Positions 20,803-29,645 of a stretch of 64,000 nt of DNA are shown piece after piece. The notes below the pieces were generated by a model. It made no database searches. It saw nothing but the letters and a program-made list of their open reading frames with translations, and was not told the DNA's origin. Each line of letters starts with the position of its first letter. Position 1 is the first letter of the stretch. Source of the stretch: an uncultured delta proteobacterium (lineage in GTDB: Bacteria > Myxococcota_A > Polyangia > Fen-1088); the NCBI GenBank assembly GCA_963755125.1, contig CAVWIP010000006.1, positions 160,001 to 224,000 of the forward strand, read 5' to 3'. A program made the position numbers and the translations under genes.

Positions 20803-21669
20803 TCAGAAGCGGCCGGAGAGGGAAAAGCTTGCCGCGGCTTCATGATCTGAGGCGGAACTGCGCCAAGCTGCGACGACGGCGATCAATCCGCCGCTCAACG
20901 CGGCCGCGCTGCCGAGCGCAAGACACTCAATGCCGGCCAGACGTCGCGACGATCCGGCGCGCGAACTGGCCAGTAGAAAGGCGCCGCTGCCAGCGGCCGC
21001 GCTGCCCGCGGCCAGCGCCAGCCAGCCGGTGACCCGCAGGATCCTTGGTTCAGTCGCGTGTGAACCATCTCCGTCGCCGCTGCCTGCGACGGACGCGGCA
21101 GGCATGACAGGTGGCGGGTCAAGCGGCTCGAAGATGGGCGCCAGGCGAGCCGTCTCGCCCAGCTTGATCGGGGCCTCGCCGCGAAAGGGACGCCGTCCTG
21201 GCGCGGTTATCTCGATCTGGGCCGTGCCTGGAAGCACGAACAGCGGGCCCGGCAAGGGCAGAAGGCCACGCGGCTGTCCGTCGATCTTCACTTGCGCCCC
21301 GCGCGGGCCGCTCTCCACGGTCAGGATGCCCAGGTGGGAACGCACGTCGGCCAATGCCTTCTCAAGCAGCGAGCGGTGCGACTCGAGCCACGGGTTCTCC
21401 TCTTCTGCCAGCACACCGGCCAGATCGGCTTCTGCTTCGGCCCAGCGGTGTAGCGCCTGCTCGGCCAGGCCAATCTCGGTGCGCGAGCGCGTGGTCGGCC
21501 GGGCCTGGTGTGCGCGCCGAAAGGCATCGAGGGCCGACTGGTAGTCGCCCTTGCGCATGGCCTTGAGTCCCTGGTTGATCAGCGCGTCCGCATCGTCCGC
21601 ATCGGCCCGTGCCAGCCCCTGCCCGAGTGCGAGCGACACCACGATCGAGAAGGCTAGCCGGCGAAGCAT
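20803..21669 (-). CDS. Exported TPR + PEGA domain protein
   Basis: Signal peptide, TPR-like helices, PEGA motif GAQVKIDG..RG..P, C-terminal hydrophobic segments. Confidence 0.8.
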   Translation of the reverse strand: MLRRLAFSIVVSLALGQGLARADADDADALINQGLKAMRKGDYQSALDAFRRAHQARPTTRSRTEIGLAEQALHRWAEAEADLAGVLAEEENPWLESHRSLLEKALADVRSHLGILTVESGPRGAQVKIDGQPRGLLPLPGPLFVLPGTAQIEITAPGRRPFRGEAPIKLGETARLAPIFEPLDPPPVMPAASVAGSGDGDGSHATEPRILRVTGWLALAAGSAAAGSGAFLLASSRAGSSRRLAGIECLALGSAAALSGGLIAVVAAWRSSASDHEAAASFSLSGRF

Positions 21670-21671
21670 GA

Positions 21672-23348
21672 CTAAATGATGGGAACGCCCTCGGGCGTGA
21701 ACTTGACCGAGCTTCGCATGCTCTTCTTGGGCTTGCGTGGCACGGGCACGGGCGAGTTGTCCGCAGGCTGCGAGGGTGCTGCGTGGGTCGGCGACAGTTC
21801 CGGTGCGGCAGCCGCTGGCGCGACAGGCACGGGTGCCGGCGGCGTGACCTCGCCTGCCGCAGCGGACGAGGCCGCGGATCGCGCTGGCGCGTGAGCCGTC
21901 GAGCGCAGCAAGAGCCAGGCCGCCAGCGCGAGCAAGGTGAGCACCGCAGCCCCCGCAGCGACGACGCGGCCGTGGCGCAGGACCGGACGTGGACCGGCTG
22001 ATGCTGGCACCGGCAAAGGGACCGAAGCAGGGGTCGCGCGGGTCGAGACGACCTGCCAGGGCTCGGGCTGACCGACAGGAAGGATCTTGGTTGGCGCCAC
22101 GGGCGGCTGGGCGGCCGCGATCTCGGTGGCCGCGATCCGAGCCTCTTCCCCGGCGGGCGTGGGCACGGCCACCGAGGGCGCTATGGGCATCTCCGCCTCG
22201 GGCGCGGTGAAGTGGTAGCTCCACTGCTGGCGTCCCTGCGCCGACATGAAAGGCATCAAGGCCAGGCCCAGATCGCGCACGCGCGCGAAGCGGTCGCCGG
22301 GCACGCGGCTCATGGCTCGCAGGATCACGGCCTCCAGGTTGCGCGGGATCTCGGGGCGCACGCGCGACGGTGGCCGGAAGATTCCGTCGACGATGTCGCG
22401 CATGATCGCGAAGGCGGCCGATCCGGTGAAGGGCCTCACGCCGGTCAGGCACTCATACAGGATCACGCCCAGGGCGTACTGGTCGGCGCGCGCGTCGATC
22501 TCGCCGCCCGCGGCCTGCTCGGGAGCAAGGTAGTAGGTGGTGCCGACGATGTTGCCTGTGCCGGTCAGGTTGGCGTCGTCACCGCCCACGCGCGAGATGC
22601 CGAAGTCGAGGATTTTGGGCGTCTCGCCCATGGGCGTGCGCGCGAGGAAGATGTTGCCTGGCTTGAGATCGCGGTGGACCACGTTGGCGCGATGGGCGGC
22701 GTGCACGCCGGCGCAGGCCGCAACCATGATGTCGGCGGTGCGCTCGACCGAGAGCGGGCCATCCGCGATTTCAGCGCCCAGGGCGCGGCCGGAGAGGTAC
22801 TCCATCACGATGTAGGGCGTCTCGCCGTGGGTGCCGTAGCTGTAGATGATCACCAGGTTGGGATGGACCACGCGCGAGGCGGCCTGGGCCTCACGCCGGA
22901 AGCGGGCCAGCGTGTTGGGCCGGTGCTGGTCGATGCCGTGCAAGGTCTTGATGGCCACGGTGCGGCCGAGGTTGCGGTCGAATGCCTTGTACACGCATCC
23001 CATGCCGCCCTTGCCCACCAGGCCGACGATCTCGAAATGGTCCACCTGATCGCCGGGGCGAAAGACGCCTGCGGGCTCGACCGCGGCAAGCGACGGCGCG
23101 GCCTCGGGCGGGGTGAGCGAGAGCGGCGCCTGCGGCGCAGGCCCGACCGTGCGCGGATCCGTGCGCAGCGGTCGCTCGCGGGCCGTGGCGTCGTCGGGCG
23201 CACGATGCTCGTCGGTGCGGCTCTCGGGCATCAGCGCGGTCGCCGGGGAATCGGGCTGGGCACCCGGCGGCCGCTTGCCCGCGCCGTCCTGCGGTCGGGG
23301 CCGGTCGTAGGAGAGGGTGTCGGGAATGCTCTGTCCAGGCTGTTTCAC
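21672..23348 (-). CDS. Membrane Ser/Thr protein kinase
   Basis: GKGGMG, VAIK, HRDLKPGN, DFG, YLAPE, TM helix. Confidence 0.95.
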   Translation of the reverse strand: MKQPGQSIPDTLSYDRPRPQDGAGKRPPGAQPDSPATALMPESRTDEHRAPDDATARERPLRTDPRTVGPAPQAPLSLTPPEAAPSLAAVEPAGVFRPGDQVDHFEIVGLVGKGGMGCVYKAFDRNLGRTVAIKTLHGIDQHRPNTLARFRREAQAASRVVHPNLVIIYSYGTHGETPYIVMEYLSGRALGAEIADGPLSVERTADIMVAACAGVHAAHRANVVHRDLKPGNIFLARTPMGETPKILDFGISRVGGDDANLTGTGNIVGTTYYLAPEQAAGGEIDARADQYALGVILYECLTGVRPFTGSAAFAIMRDIVDGIFRPPSRVRPEIPRNLEAVILRAMSRVPGDRFARVRDLGLALMPFMSAQGRQQWSYHFTAPEAEMPIAPSVAVPTPAGEEARIAATEIAAAQPPVAPTKILPVGQPEPWQVVSTRATPASVPLPVPASAGPRPVLRHGRVVAAGAAVLTLLALAAWLLLRSTAHAPARSAASSAAAGEVTPPAPVPVAPAAAAPELSPTHAAPSQPADNSPVPVPRKPKKSMRSSVKFTPEGVPII

Positions 23349-23390
23349 GTCGCGCCCTTGCGCCGGCTACACGGTACCGTCATGCGGGCA

Positions 23391-23419
23391 ACGATGGCGA
23401 GGGAGGCCGGGCGAGTCAA
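23391..23419 (-). promoter_or_regulatory. sigma70-like promoter TTGACT-N17-CATCGT upstream of the kinase
   Basis: Exact 17-nt spacer; an ATG lies 7 nt downstream of the -10. Confidence 0.45.
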
Positions 23420-23444
23420 GGGGCGTGTAAGCGGGGCAGCGCGA

Positions 23445-25733
23445 CTACCAGCCAGGAACCGCGACCGCGCCGGCATCGAAGGTGCCCGCGCTGGCATTCA
23501 GACCCGAGCCCCAGCAGACGATGGAACCGTCCTGCACAACTGCGCAGGAACGGTCGCCCGCGGCCACGGCGATCACGTTAGCTGTGCCGGGGACGACTGC
23601 TGGCGACAGGCAACTTCCGCTTGCTGCGTACTCGTAGTCATTGGGATTCATCACGCGGCCCCAGCAGGACACGGTCTTGGTGGCGAGCAGAGCACAGGTG
23701 GAAATGCCGGAGGCGCTGATAGCTGTCGCGGGGGCAACATAGATCAAGGCGGGAGTGGCTGAGGAATCGGTCAAGCCGGTCCCCAATTGACCGTCGGTGC
23801 CCAAACCCCAGCAATAGACTGTCCCATCTGTCAGCAGCGCGCAGGAATGGAAGGTGCCAGCGGCAATGGCACTCGCCGCGCCTGGAAGGCCCGCGACGGT
23901 TTGAGGCACTATGGTGAACTCGTCGGTGATGGCGATGCCAAGTTCGCCGTCGCCGTTCAGGCCCCAGCAACGGACCTCGCCGTCGCTCGTGAGAACACAG
24001 GTATGGTAGCCGCCCGCCGCAATGGCCTTGACGCCGCTGAGGTTGGGTGCCTGCGGGGTGGAAGGATTTCCCCCGAGCACGCCGAGCTGCCCAGATTCGT
24101 CAGCGCCCCAGCACCGGACTGTCGAGTCTGACAGGAGAGCGCAGGTGTGGTTCCCGCCCGCGGCGATCGCCGTGACAGCCGCACCCACGAGGCCGGTGAC
24201 TGCGGTTGGGGTGGAAGCGTTGGCGTAGCCACCGTTGCCAAGCTGGCCCGAGGTGTTGGCGCCCCAGCAGTGGACAGTTCCATCGCCTAGCAGGGCGCAG
24301 TAGTGCTGAAAGCCGGCCGCGATCGATTTGGCGTTGCTGATCCCAATGACGGCAGTGGGCACCAGGATCGACTGCCCCGGCGACCGGACCTGACCATCGC
24401 CGAGCTCGCCAGCCGAGTCGCCGCCCCAGCAGCGCACCTTGCCGTCGAAGAAAACCGCGCACGCGCTGAACGTGCCGATGGCGACACCCAGCGCTTTGAC
24501 ATGACACGAGCCCCCCAGGCACGTGTAGCTGTCCTGGCAGTCGGCGGCGGCGGCGCAGGAGGTCTTGCAGGCGGTGCCCGAGCAGTTGAAGCCGTCGTTG
24601 CAAAGCTGACCGGCCGGGGCGACGCAGCTCCCTTGCGAACAGGTGCCGGTTCCGATGAGGCTCGGGCCCGAGCAGATCGGCCCGCCGCCGCAGGTCTTGG
24701 CGACGGGATACGTGCAGTGCCCATCGGCCTGGCCGGTACAGGTTCCCATGCACTGCGGATCCGTGCCGCAGCCGAGATGCCCGCTGTGTGGCGCGCCCGA
24801 CGTGACCGGTGTGCAGGCGCCGACGTGGCCCTGGACATCGCAGGCCATGCACGGGCTGGTGCAGGCCGTGTCACAACAGTAGGCGTCAGGCGAGCAGAAC
24901 ATCCCGGCCAGACATCCGTTGGCCGTGGTCTGGCAGAGCTGTCCTTGCTTGCTCCTGCACACGCTCTGACTGTCGCAGGTGCCGGCACAGCCGGCCGGAT
25001 CATCTTGATTCGTCACGGCCACGCACACACCGGCGGCGCAGGCCTGGCACGCGCCTGCGCAGTCGCTGCGCTGCAGGCACTCCACGCACTGGTTGGTCGT
25101 GGTGTCGCACAGGCTCGCGGTCGCGCCGCCGACATCGCCGCCATCTGTTCCGCCGTCTGCCGCATCCACCGGTCCGGCGTCCACGCCCGCATCCGGGCTG
25201 CCGGCGCAATGCTTGTTCTGCGTGCAGGCGACGCACAGGCCGCTGCCGGCGCAGGCAGGAGTTCCTGACCGCGCCTGGCAATCGTTGTCGCTGGAACACT
25301 TGGCGCAGTGATTGCCCAAACACAGGGGAGCGCTCGGCGAACAATCCTTGTCCGTGCTGCAGGTTCCAGGCGCGTCCACCATCGGCAGGTCCGGAGCCGT
25401 GTCGTGTGCCGTTGCATCCGCTGGCGCGTCAACCGGTGCGTCGGCCTGCGCCGCCGCGTCGCCGTTGTCGACATTCGTCGAACGATCGCCGCCGCTATCG
25501 AGGCCGGCCATGCCGTCGCCGCGACTGGCAACGTCCGCAGACACGTCGCCGCCGTCCGCGGTCCCGGCGTCGGTAGCCCGCACGCACTGCCAGGTGGCGG
25601 TGCACACGAAGCCGGGTTTGCACTGATCCTGTGGCGAGCACAGGCTCCAGTCCCTTTCCACGCAGGAAAGTCCCAGGGTCACTGGCACGACAAGCGCGGC
25701 AACCTTCAAGAGCGCAACATCTCTGTTTGTCAT
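23445..25733 (-). CDS. Cys-rich lipoprotein with C-terminal RCC1-like repeats
   Basis: Lipobox GLS-C, Cys-rich modules, repeated IAAG..HTCALL.DG.V.CWG....GQLG. Confidence 0.88.
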   Translation of the reverse strand: MTNRDVALLKVAALVVPVTLGLSCVERDWSLCSPQDQCKPGFVCTATWQCVRATDAGTADGGDVSADVASRGDGMAGLDSGGDRSTNVDNGDAAAQADAPVDAPADATAHDTAPDLPMVDAPGTCSTDKDCSPSAPLCLGNHCAKCSSDNDCQARSGTPACAGSGLCVACTQNKHCAGSPDAGVDAGPVDAADGGTDGGDVGGATASLCDTTTNQCVECLQRSDCAGACQACAAGVCVAVTNQDDPAGCAGTCDSQSVCRSKQGQLCQTTANGCLAGMFCSPDAYCCDTACTSPCMACDVQGHVGACTPVTSGAPHSGHLGCGTDPQCMGTCTGQADGHCTYPVAKTCGGGPICSGPSLIGTGTCSQGSCVAPAGQLCNDGFNCSGTACKTSCAAAADCQDSYTCLGGSCHVKALGVAIGTFSACAVFFDGKVRCWGGDSAGELGDGQVRSPGQSILVPTAVIGISNAKSIAAGFQHYCALLGDGTVHCWGANTSGQLGNGGYANASTPTAVTGLVGAAVTAIAAGGNHTCALLSDSTVRCWGADESGQLGVLGGNPSTPQAPNLSGVKAIAAGGYHTCVLTSDGEVRCWGLNGDGELGIAITDEFTIVPQTVAGLPGAASAIAAGTFHSCALLTDGTVYCWGLGTDGQLGTGLTDSSATPALIYVAPATAISASGISTCALLATKTVSCWGRVMNPNDYEYAASGSCLSPAVVPGTANVIAVAAGDRSCAVVQDGSIVCWGSGLNASAGTFDAGAVAVPGW

Positions 25734-25794
25734 CGATGAAGTTCTCGGCTGTGAGTGGAAGAAGTTGCGTGAAGAACGAGGTGAAACGGCAGGT

Positions 25795-27807
25795 TCAATT
25801 GGGGTTGTATTCGTCAGCCCCGCAGTCGCAGGCACTGCCAATCGGCCGCGGGTCGCCGTAGATGTCGTCAGGGGGACAGCTAGAGCCCGCAGCGTCCGTG
25901 CACGGGGATGCTGCCGTCAGTTGGTAGGGCTGCGACGTGCTGAACAGCGGATTGCCGGACTTCGAGAAGGTGGGAGCAGCGCAGTTGACCGTGTCGCCGC
26001 CGGTGTTGTTATAGAAGAGAAGCCCCGTGAGAGGCTGACTGGAATTCCCACAGACCACACCGACTTGAGCGTTGTTGACGACGGTGTTGTACCAGAAGCG
26101 CGCAGGCCCAGCAGCCGGCGCTCCACCGAGATAGGCGCCTCCGAAACTGCTGGCGCCCACACTGCCCGGGCCGTTGCCGTCGAAAACCGAGTTCGATATG
26201 TCGAATGCCGCGCCAGCCGAGACAACAAGGCCGCCGCCCAGGTTGTTCTTGACGATGCAGCGGTCGAGACGGATCGTGGCGGGGGAATCAGCCTGGATGG
26301 CGGGGACGCTAGCGACGTACCCGCCGGTGACCGTCATGCCGCGAATGTAGAAATCACCTGAGATGACGTGAATCTGGATGTTCCCGGAAGCTCCTATCGT
26401 CGCGCCATTCTGCCCGACTACCGTGAGCTGGCCGGTAGCCGGCGTAGCTGGCGAGGACCAATTGCCTAGCATCGCGGTGCTCGGCCCTCGCATGACCACG
26501 AGCTTCTTGGTGCCCGTCGTTGCGTTGACGCCGTCCTGCGGTAGACAGAAAGGCGTGGCGGCAGTTCCAGCCGTGCTCGCGCCAGCAGTGAGGCAGGCCG
26601 TGTTGTTTTGCACATACACCGTCTCCGCATCCGTGGCACAGCGGCCATCCTGGTGGAACATGCACACGCCCGGATTGGCGCCCAGTTTCGCTACACACTG
26701 AGTGTCGCTGGTGCACTTGGTGCACTGCTGACTGATGCAGATTGGCGTTGCCCCAGAACAGTCGGTGTCCTGGAGACACTGCACGCAATGCTCGGCGGTC
26801 GTGTCACAGACTGGCGCTGACGTGGTCTTGCAGTAGCTCGACTGCACGCACTCGACGCACTTGTTGGCCGTCGTGTCGCACGCCGGCGCGGTCGAGGTCG
26901 TGCAATCCAGGTCGGCCGCGCACTGCACGCACGCGCCGGTGGTTGGCTTGCACACGGGCAGGGCGGGGTTCTTGGTCGTGCAGCCGCCGGCTGGCGCGGT
27001 CTGCGTGCCGCAGCCCACGCAGGTCTGCGAGCTTCCACAGATGGGCTTGATCGGGTCGTTGCAGTCCGCGTGCGTGAGACAGCCCACGCACTGGTTGGTG
27101 GTCAGGTTACAGATTCCGGCGGCCACGCCTCCGTCCGCGCCGCCGTCGACACCGCCGTCCACCCCGCCATCGACGCCGCCGGCGCAGTCCCCATTCGCCA
27201 GGCACCCGACGCACTTGCCGCTGGTGCCGTCGCACACGGGAGCGGCGCTGTTCTTCACGCGGCATTCGCCTGTGGCAGAGCCGCACGCCACGCACTGGTC
27301 GGCCACGCACACGGGCTTCGTCGGGTCAGCCGTGCAGTCGCTGCTCTTGGCGCAGGCCACGCAGCGGCCGCTCGCGGTGTCGCAAACCGCAGCGCTGGCG
27401 CCGCGGCCCGTGCAGTCGCTGTTGCCCGTACACTTGGCGCACACGAAATCCAGGCACATGGGCGCGGTGGCAGGACAGTCGATGTCGCTGCCGCAGCTCC
27501 CGGCCCCGTCCACTGGCCGCGTGTCCCCGGCCATGTCGACCGCAGTGTCGATCTGAGGCGCGTCCACCGGCGCGTCGGCCGCCACATCCACGGCCGCCGC
27601 ATCGGTCTGCGCCACCTCGCGCGCGCCAGTATCTGTCGGTTCAACCATGGCGTCGCCGCCGCCATCTGAAGTCACGCAGAGGTAGTTGACACAGGAATAT
27701 CCGATCTTGCAGGAATTGTTGGGGTTGCACTTGCTCCAGTCGCGCTCGACCTTGTCGCAGGCGAATAGAAGACAGAATGGAAGGAGATAGTGGATTCGGA
27801 GTTTCAT
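25795..27807 (-). CDS. Cys-rich lipoprotein with C-terminal parallel beta-helix-like domain
   Basis: Lipobox LFA-C, about 9 repeats of P.CD.....CV.C....DC, then an Asn/Gly-rich beta-helix region ending CDCGADE. Confidence 0.85.
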   Translation of the reverse strand: MKLRIHYLLPFCLLFACDKVERDWSKCNPNNSCKIGYSCVNYLCVTSDGGGDAMVEPTDTGAREVAQTDAAAVDVAADAPVDAPQIDTAVDMAGDTRPVDGAGSCGSDIDCPATAPMCLDFVCAKCTGNSDCTGRGASAAVCDTASGRCVACAKSSDCTADPTKPVCVADQCVACGSATGECRVKNSAAPVCDGTSGKCVGCLANGDCAGGVDGGVDGGVDGGADGGVAAGICNLTTNQCVGCLTHADCNDPIKPICGSSQTCVGCGTQTAPAGGCTTKNPALPVCKPTTGACVQCAADLDCTTSTAPACDTTANKCVECVQSSYCKTTSAPVCDTTAEHCVQCLQDTDCSGATPICISQQCTKCTSDTQCVAKLGANPGVCMFHQDGRCATDAETVYVQNNTACLTAGASTAGTAATPFCLPQDGVNATTGTKKLVVMRGPSTAMLGNWSSPATPATGQLTVVGQNGATIGASGNIQIHVISGDFYIRGMTVTGGYVASVPAIQADSPATIRLDRCIVKNNLGGGLVVSAGAAFDISNSVFDGNGPGSVGASSFGGAYLGGAPAAGPARFWYNTVVNNAQVGVVCGNSSQPLTGLLFYNNTGGDTVNCAAPTFSKSGNPLFSTSQPYQLTAASPCTDAAGSSCPPDDIYGDPRPIGSACDCGADEYNPN

Positions 27808-27815
27808 GGGTTGCC

Positions 27816-28610
27816 TCACCAGGTGAAGGAATAGAAAAGGAAGCCGCCGACCAGCACGGCGCCGATGCCGCCGGCCAGAAAGCCGGTTCCGCGTCCTGCG
27901 GTGGCGTGGTGCTGGGTGCAGTGGGTTGTCTCGCCGGCTGCGCACGCCACCTGGCCGTCGAGGTGCAAGAGATATCCGCCATAGACGGCCGCAGCGACGC
28001 CCACGGCCGCGAGGGCCAGGCCGCCGACTTGGCCGATGCGCTTGCCAGCCGAGCTGGCCGGCACCGGGGCCGGAGCCGGCGTGGTTACGTCCATCGCCGG
28101 TTGCGGCGCGGGCGGCACCGGGACCGGCGGGGCTGGCGCGGCTTCCTCGGCCTCGAACACGCGTGTGCAGAGCGCGCCCACCCGGTCGCGCAGGGCCATG
28201 TGCAGATCGGGCAGGGTGCAGATGTCGCAGCTCTTGCCGTCCGAGCTGAGCGTGTGGCCCGTCCGCGCGTCCCACATCTGTAGCTGCAGGGTGAACGCGC
28301 CCTTCTTGAAAACCGATTCCACCCGCAGCACGTGCGTGGCGCCGGTGGCGCGGTGGATCGCCATCATGCACTCGGGCTGGTTGCAGTCTCCGCCTGCCGC
28401 GGCCTTGGCCTCGGCCACGGGCACGACATCGGCGCCCAGCGAGCGCACGATCTCCTCGACATCAGCCCGCAGGCCGGCGACCTCGCCGCGCGGGACCTTG
28501 CTGCTGCTCGCCTCGACCACGGCCACTCGGTGGTCCGCCGCCGTGACCGCGCGAGGAACCAGAACCGATGCCAGGATGACCCCAAACGAACCGACACGAA
28601 GGAAACGCAT
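27816..28610 (-). CDS. Hypothetical exported/membrane protein
   Basis: Signal peptide, C...EC and CDIC motifs, Pro linker, two C-terminal hydrophobic segments; TTGACC-N17-GATGGT upstream. Confidence 0.8.
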   Translation of the reverse strand: MRFLRVGSFGVILASVLVPRAVTAADHRVAVVEASSSKVPRGEVAGLRADVEEIVRSLGADVVPVAEAKAAAGGDCNQPECMMAIHRATGATHVLRVESVFKKGAFTLQLQMWDARTGHTLSSDGKSCDICTLPDLHMALRDRVGALCTRVFEAEEAAPAPPVPVPPAPQPAMDVTTPAPAPVPASSAGKRIGQVGGLALAAVGVAAAVYGGYLLHLDGQVACAAGETTHCTQHHATAGRGTGFLAGGIGAVLVGGFLFYSFTW

Positions 28611-28677
28611 GCGCGCACCATCGCGAGATTCGGCAACAAGGTCAAGAGGTTGGAAAAGAAAACCGAAGGCTTCCCAA

Positions 28678-29166
28678 TCAGCGCTTCTTGCCGGCAGCTT
28701 CCACGATCTCCCGCAGCCGCCCGTCGAATGCGAAGGGCGTGCGCCGGATGACCCAGCCCCACTTCCAGGCCGGATGTCTCGAGTTCAGCAGCAGATTGCA
28801 CTCGCCGCGTGTCACCGCATTCGGAACTTTCATCGCAGGAGACAATCGTTCATCACACCAGCGGTTTCCAATCTTTTGCGCCGCAGGCGAGAGATCGGGC
28901 GCATCCCAGCCCTTCGGAATCTCCGTGCAGACCAGGATCAATGGATCAGGCACCTCGACGACATACAGGACATGCGGGTGAAGGCCATCGAAGCGCTTGT
29001 AGTGTACCAGCCGCTCGAGCACGGCCAGCGACTGGCTTTCGGCCGCGTAGTCGAGATAGCGTCCCTTGCTGTGCCAGCGCCCGTCCGTGGCGTAGCCACT
29101 GGCGCCGCTAAACGCGGCCCGGGCCGTGGCGCCGTATCGCCGCAGGACAATGCGGAATGCCTTCAC
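28678..29166 (-). CDS. RES-domain toxin (MbcT/ParT-like)
   Basis: GRW...G...Y.AESQSLAVLE.LVH, VP(N)AV...E.NLLLN..HP, FDGRL; GTGA overlap with the antitoxin. Confidence 0.9.
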   Translation of the reverse strand: MKAFRIVLRRYGATARAAFSGASGYATDGRWHSKGRYLDYAAESQSLAVLERLVHYKRFDGLHPHVLYVVEVPDPLILVCTEIPKGWDAPDLSPAAQKIGNRWCDERLSPAMKVPNAVTRGECNLLLNSRHPAWKWGWVIRRTPFAFDGRLREIVEAAGKKR

Positions 29167-29561
29167 AGCGGGACGCCGTGGATCATCGCCTGCAGCAGGT
29201 TGTGCACCTGGGCCGCGCCGACGTCGGTGGACAGCATGGCAAGCGGTGGGCGCTTCCCGAGTGCGGCATCAGGAGTGGTCAGCCATTGCGCCACCGCGGC
29301 GTCGGTCGAGAAGACCTCGCGCGCCAGTTTCTGTGCCCGCATCACGCGCAACAGACGCTCGGACTCGGTCGAGGAGAAGCGCTGGTTCTTGTTGAGCCGG
29401 TGGGTGATCGTGCGCGGGGCCAGACCAAGCGCATCGAGCAGAGCCTTTCGCGACACGCCCAGCAGCGCCAGGAGTTGGTGCAGAACGCGGCTGGGCAGCC
29501 CCTTTTCAATGGCGGCGACCTGTGCGGCAGGAGACTGTTCGACGAGCTGCAGGACGGTCAT
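29163..29561 (-). CDS. Xre/MbcA/ParS-like antitoxin
   Basis: IEKGLP, ESERLLR, A.QWL..P..ALG..PPL.ML.TD.G, HGV. Confidence 0.9.
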   Translation of the reverse strand: MTVLQLVEQSPAAQVAAIEKGLPSRVLHQLLALLGVSRKALLDALGLAPRTITHRLNKNQRFSSTESERLLRVMRAQKLAREVFSTDAAVAQWLTTPDAALGKRPPLAMLSTDVGAAQVHNLLQAMIHGVPL

Positions 29562-29645
29562 GGCAATTTGGCTCTCCCAAGGAAGCAATTTTGCGCCACC
29601 GTGCGCGAATTTCAAGCCGACCAAGCGGGCGATGGCAGGTCGCCG

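Noticed and set aside
20394..20843. N-terminal extension of the 585-aa citrate synthase ORF
   Set aside because: Overlaps the PhaR-like gene antisense; citrate synthase sequence starts at ATG 20393.
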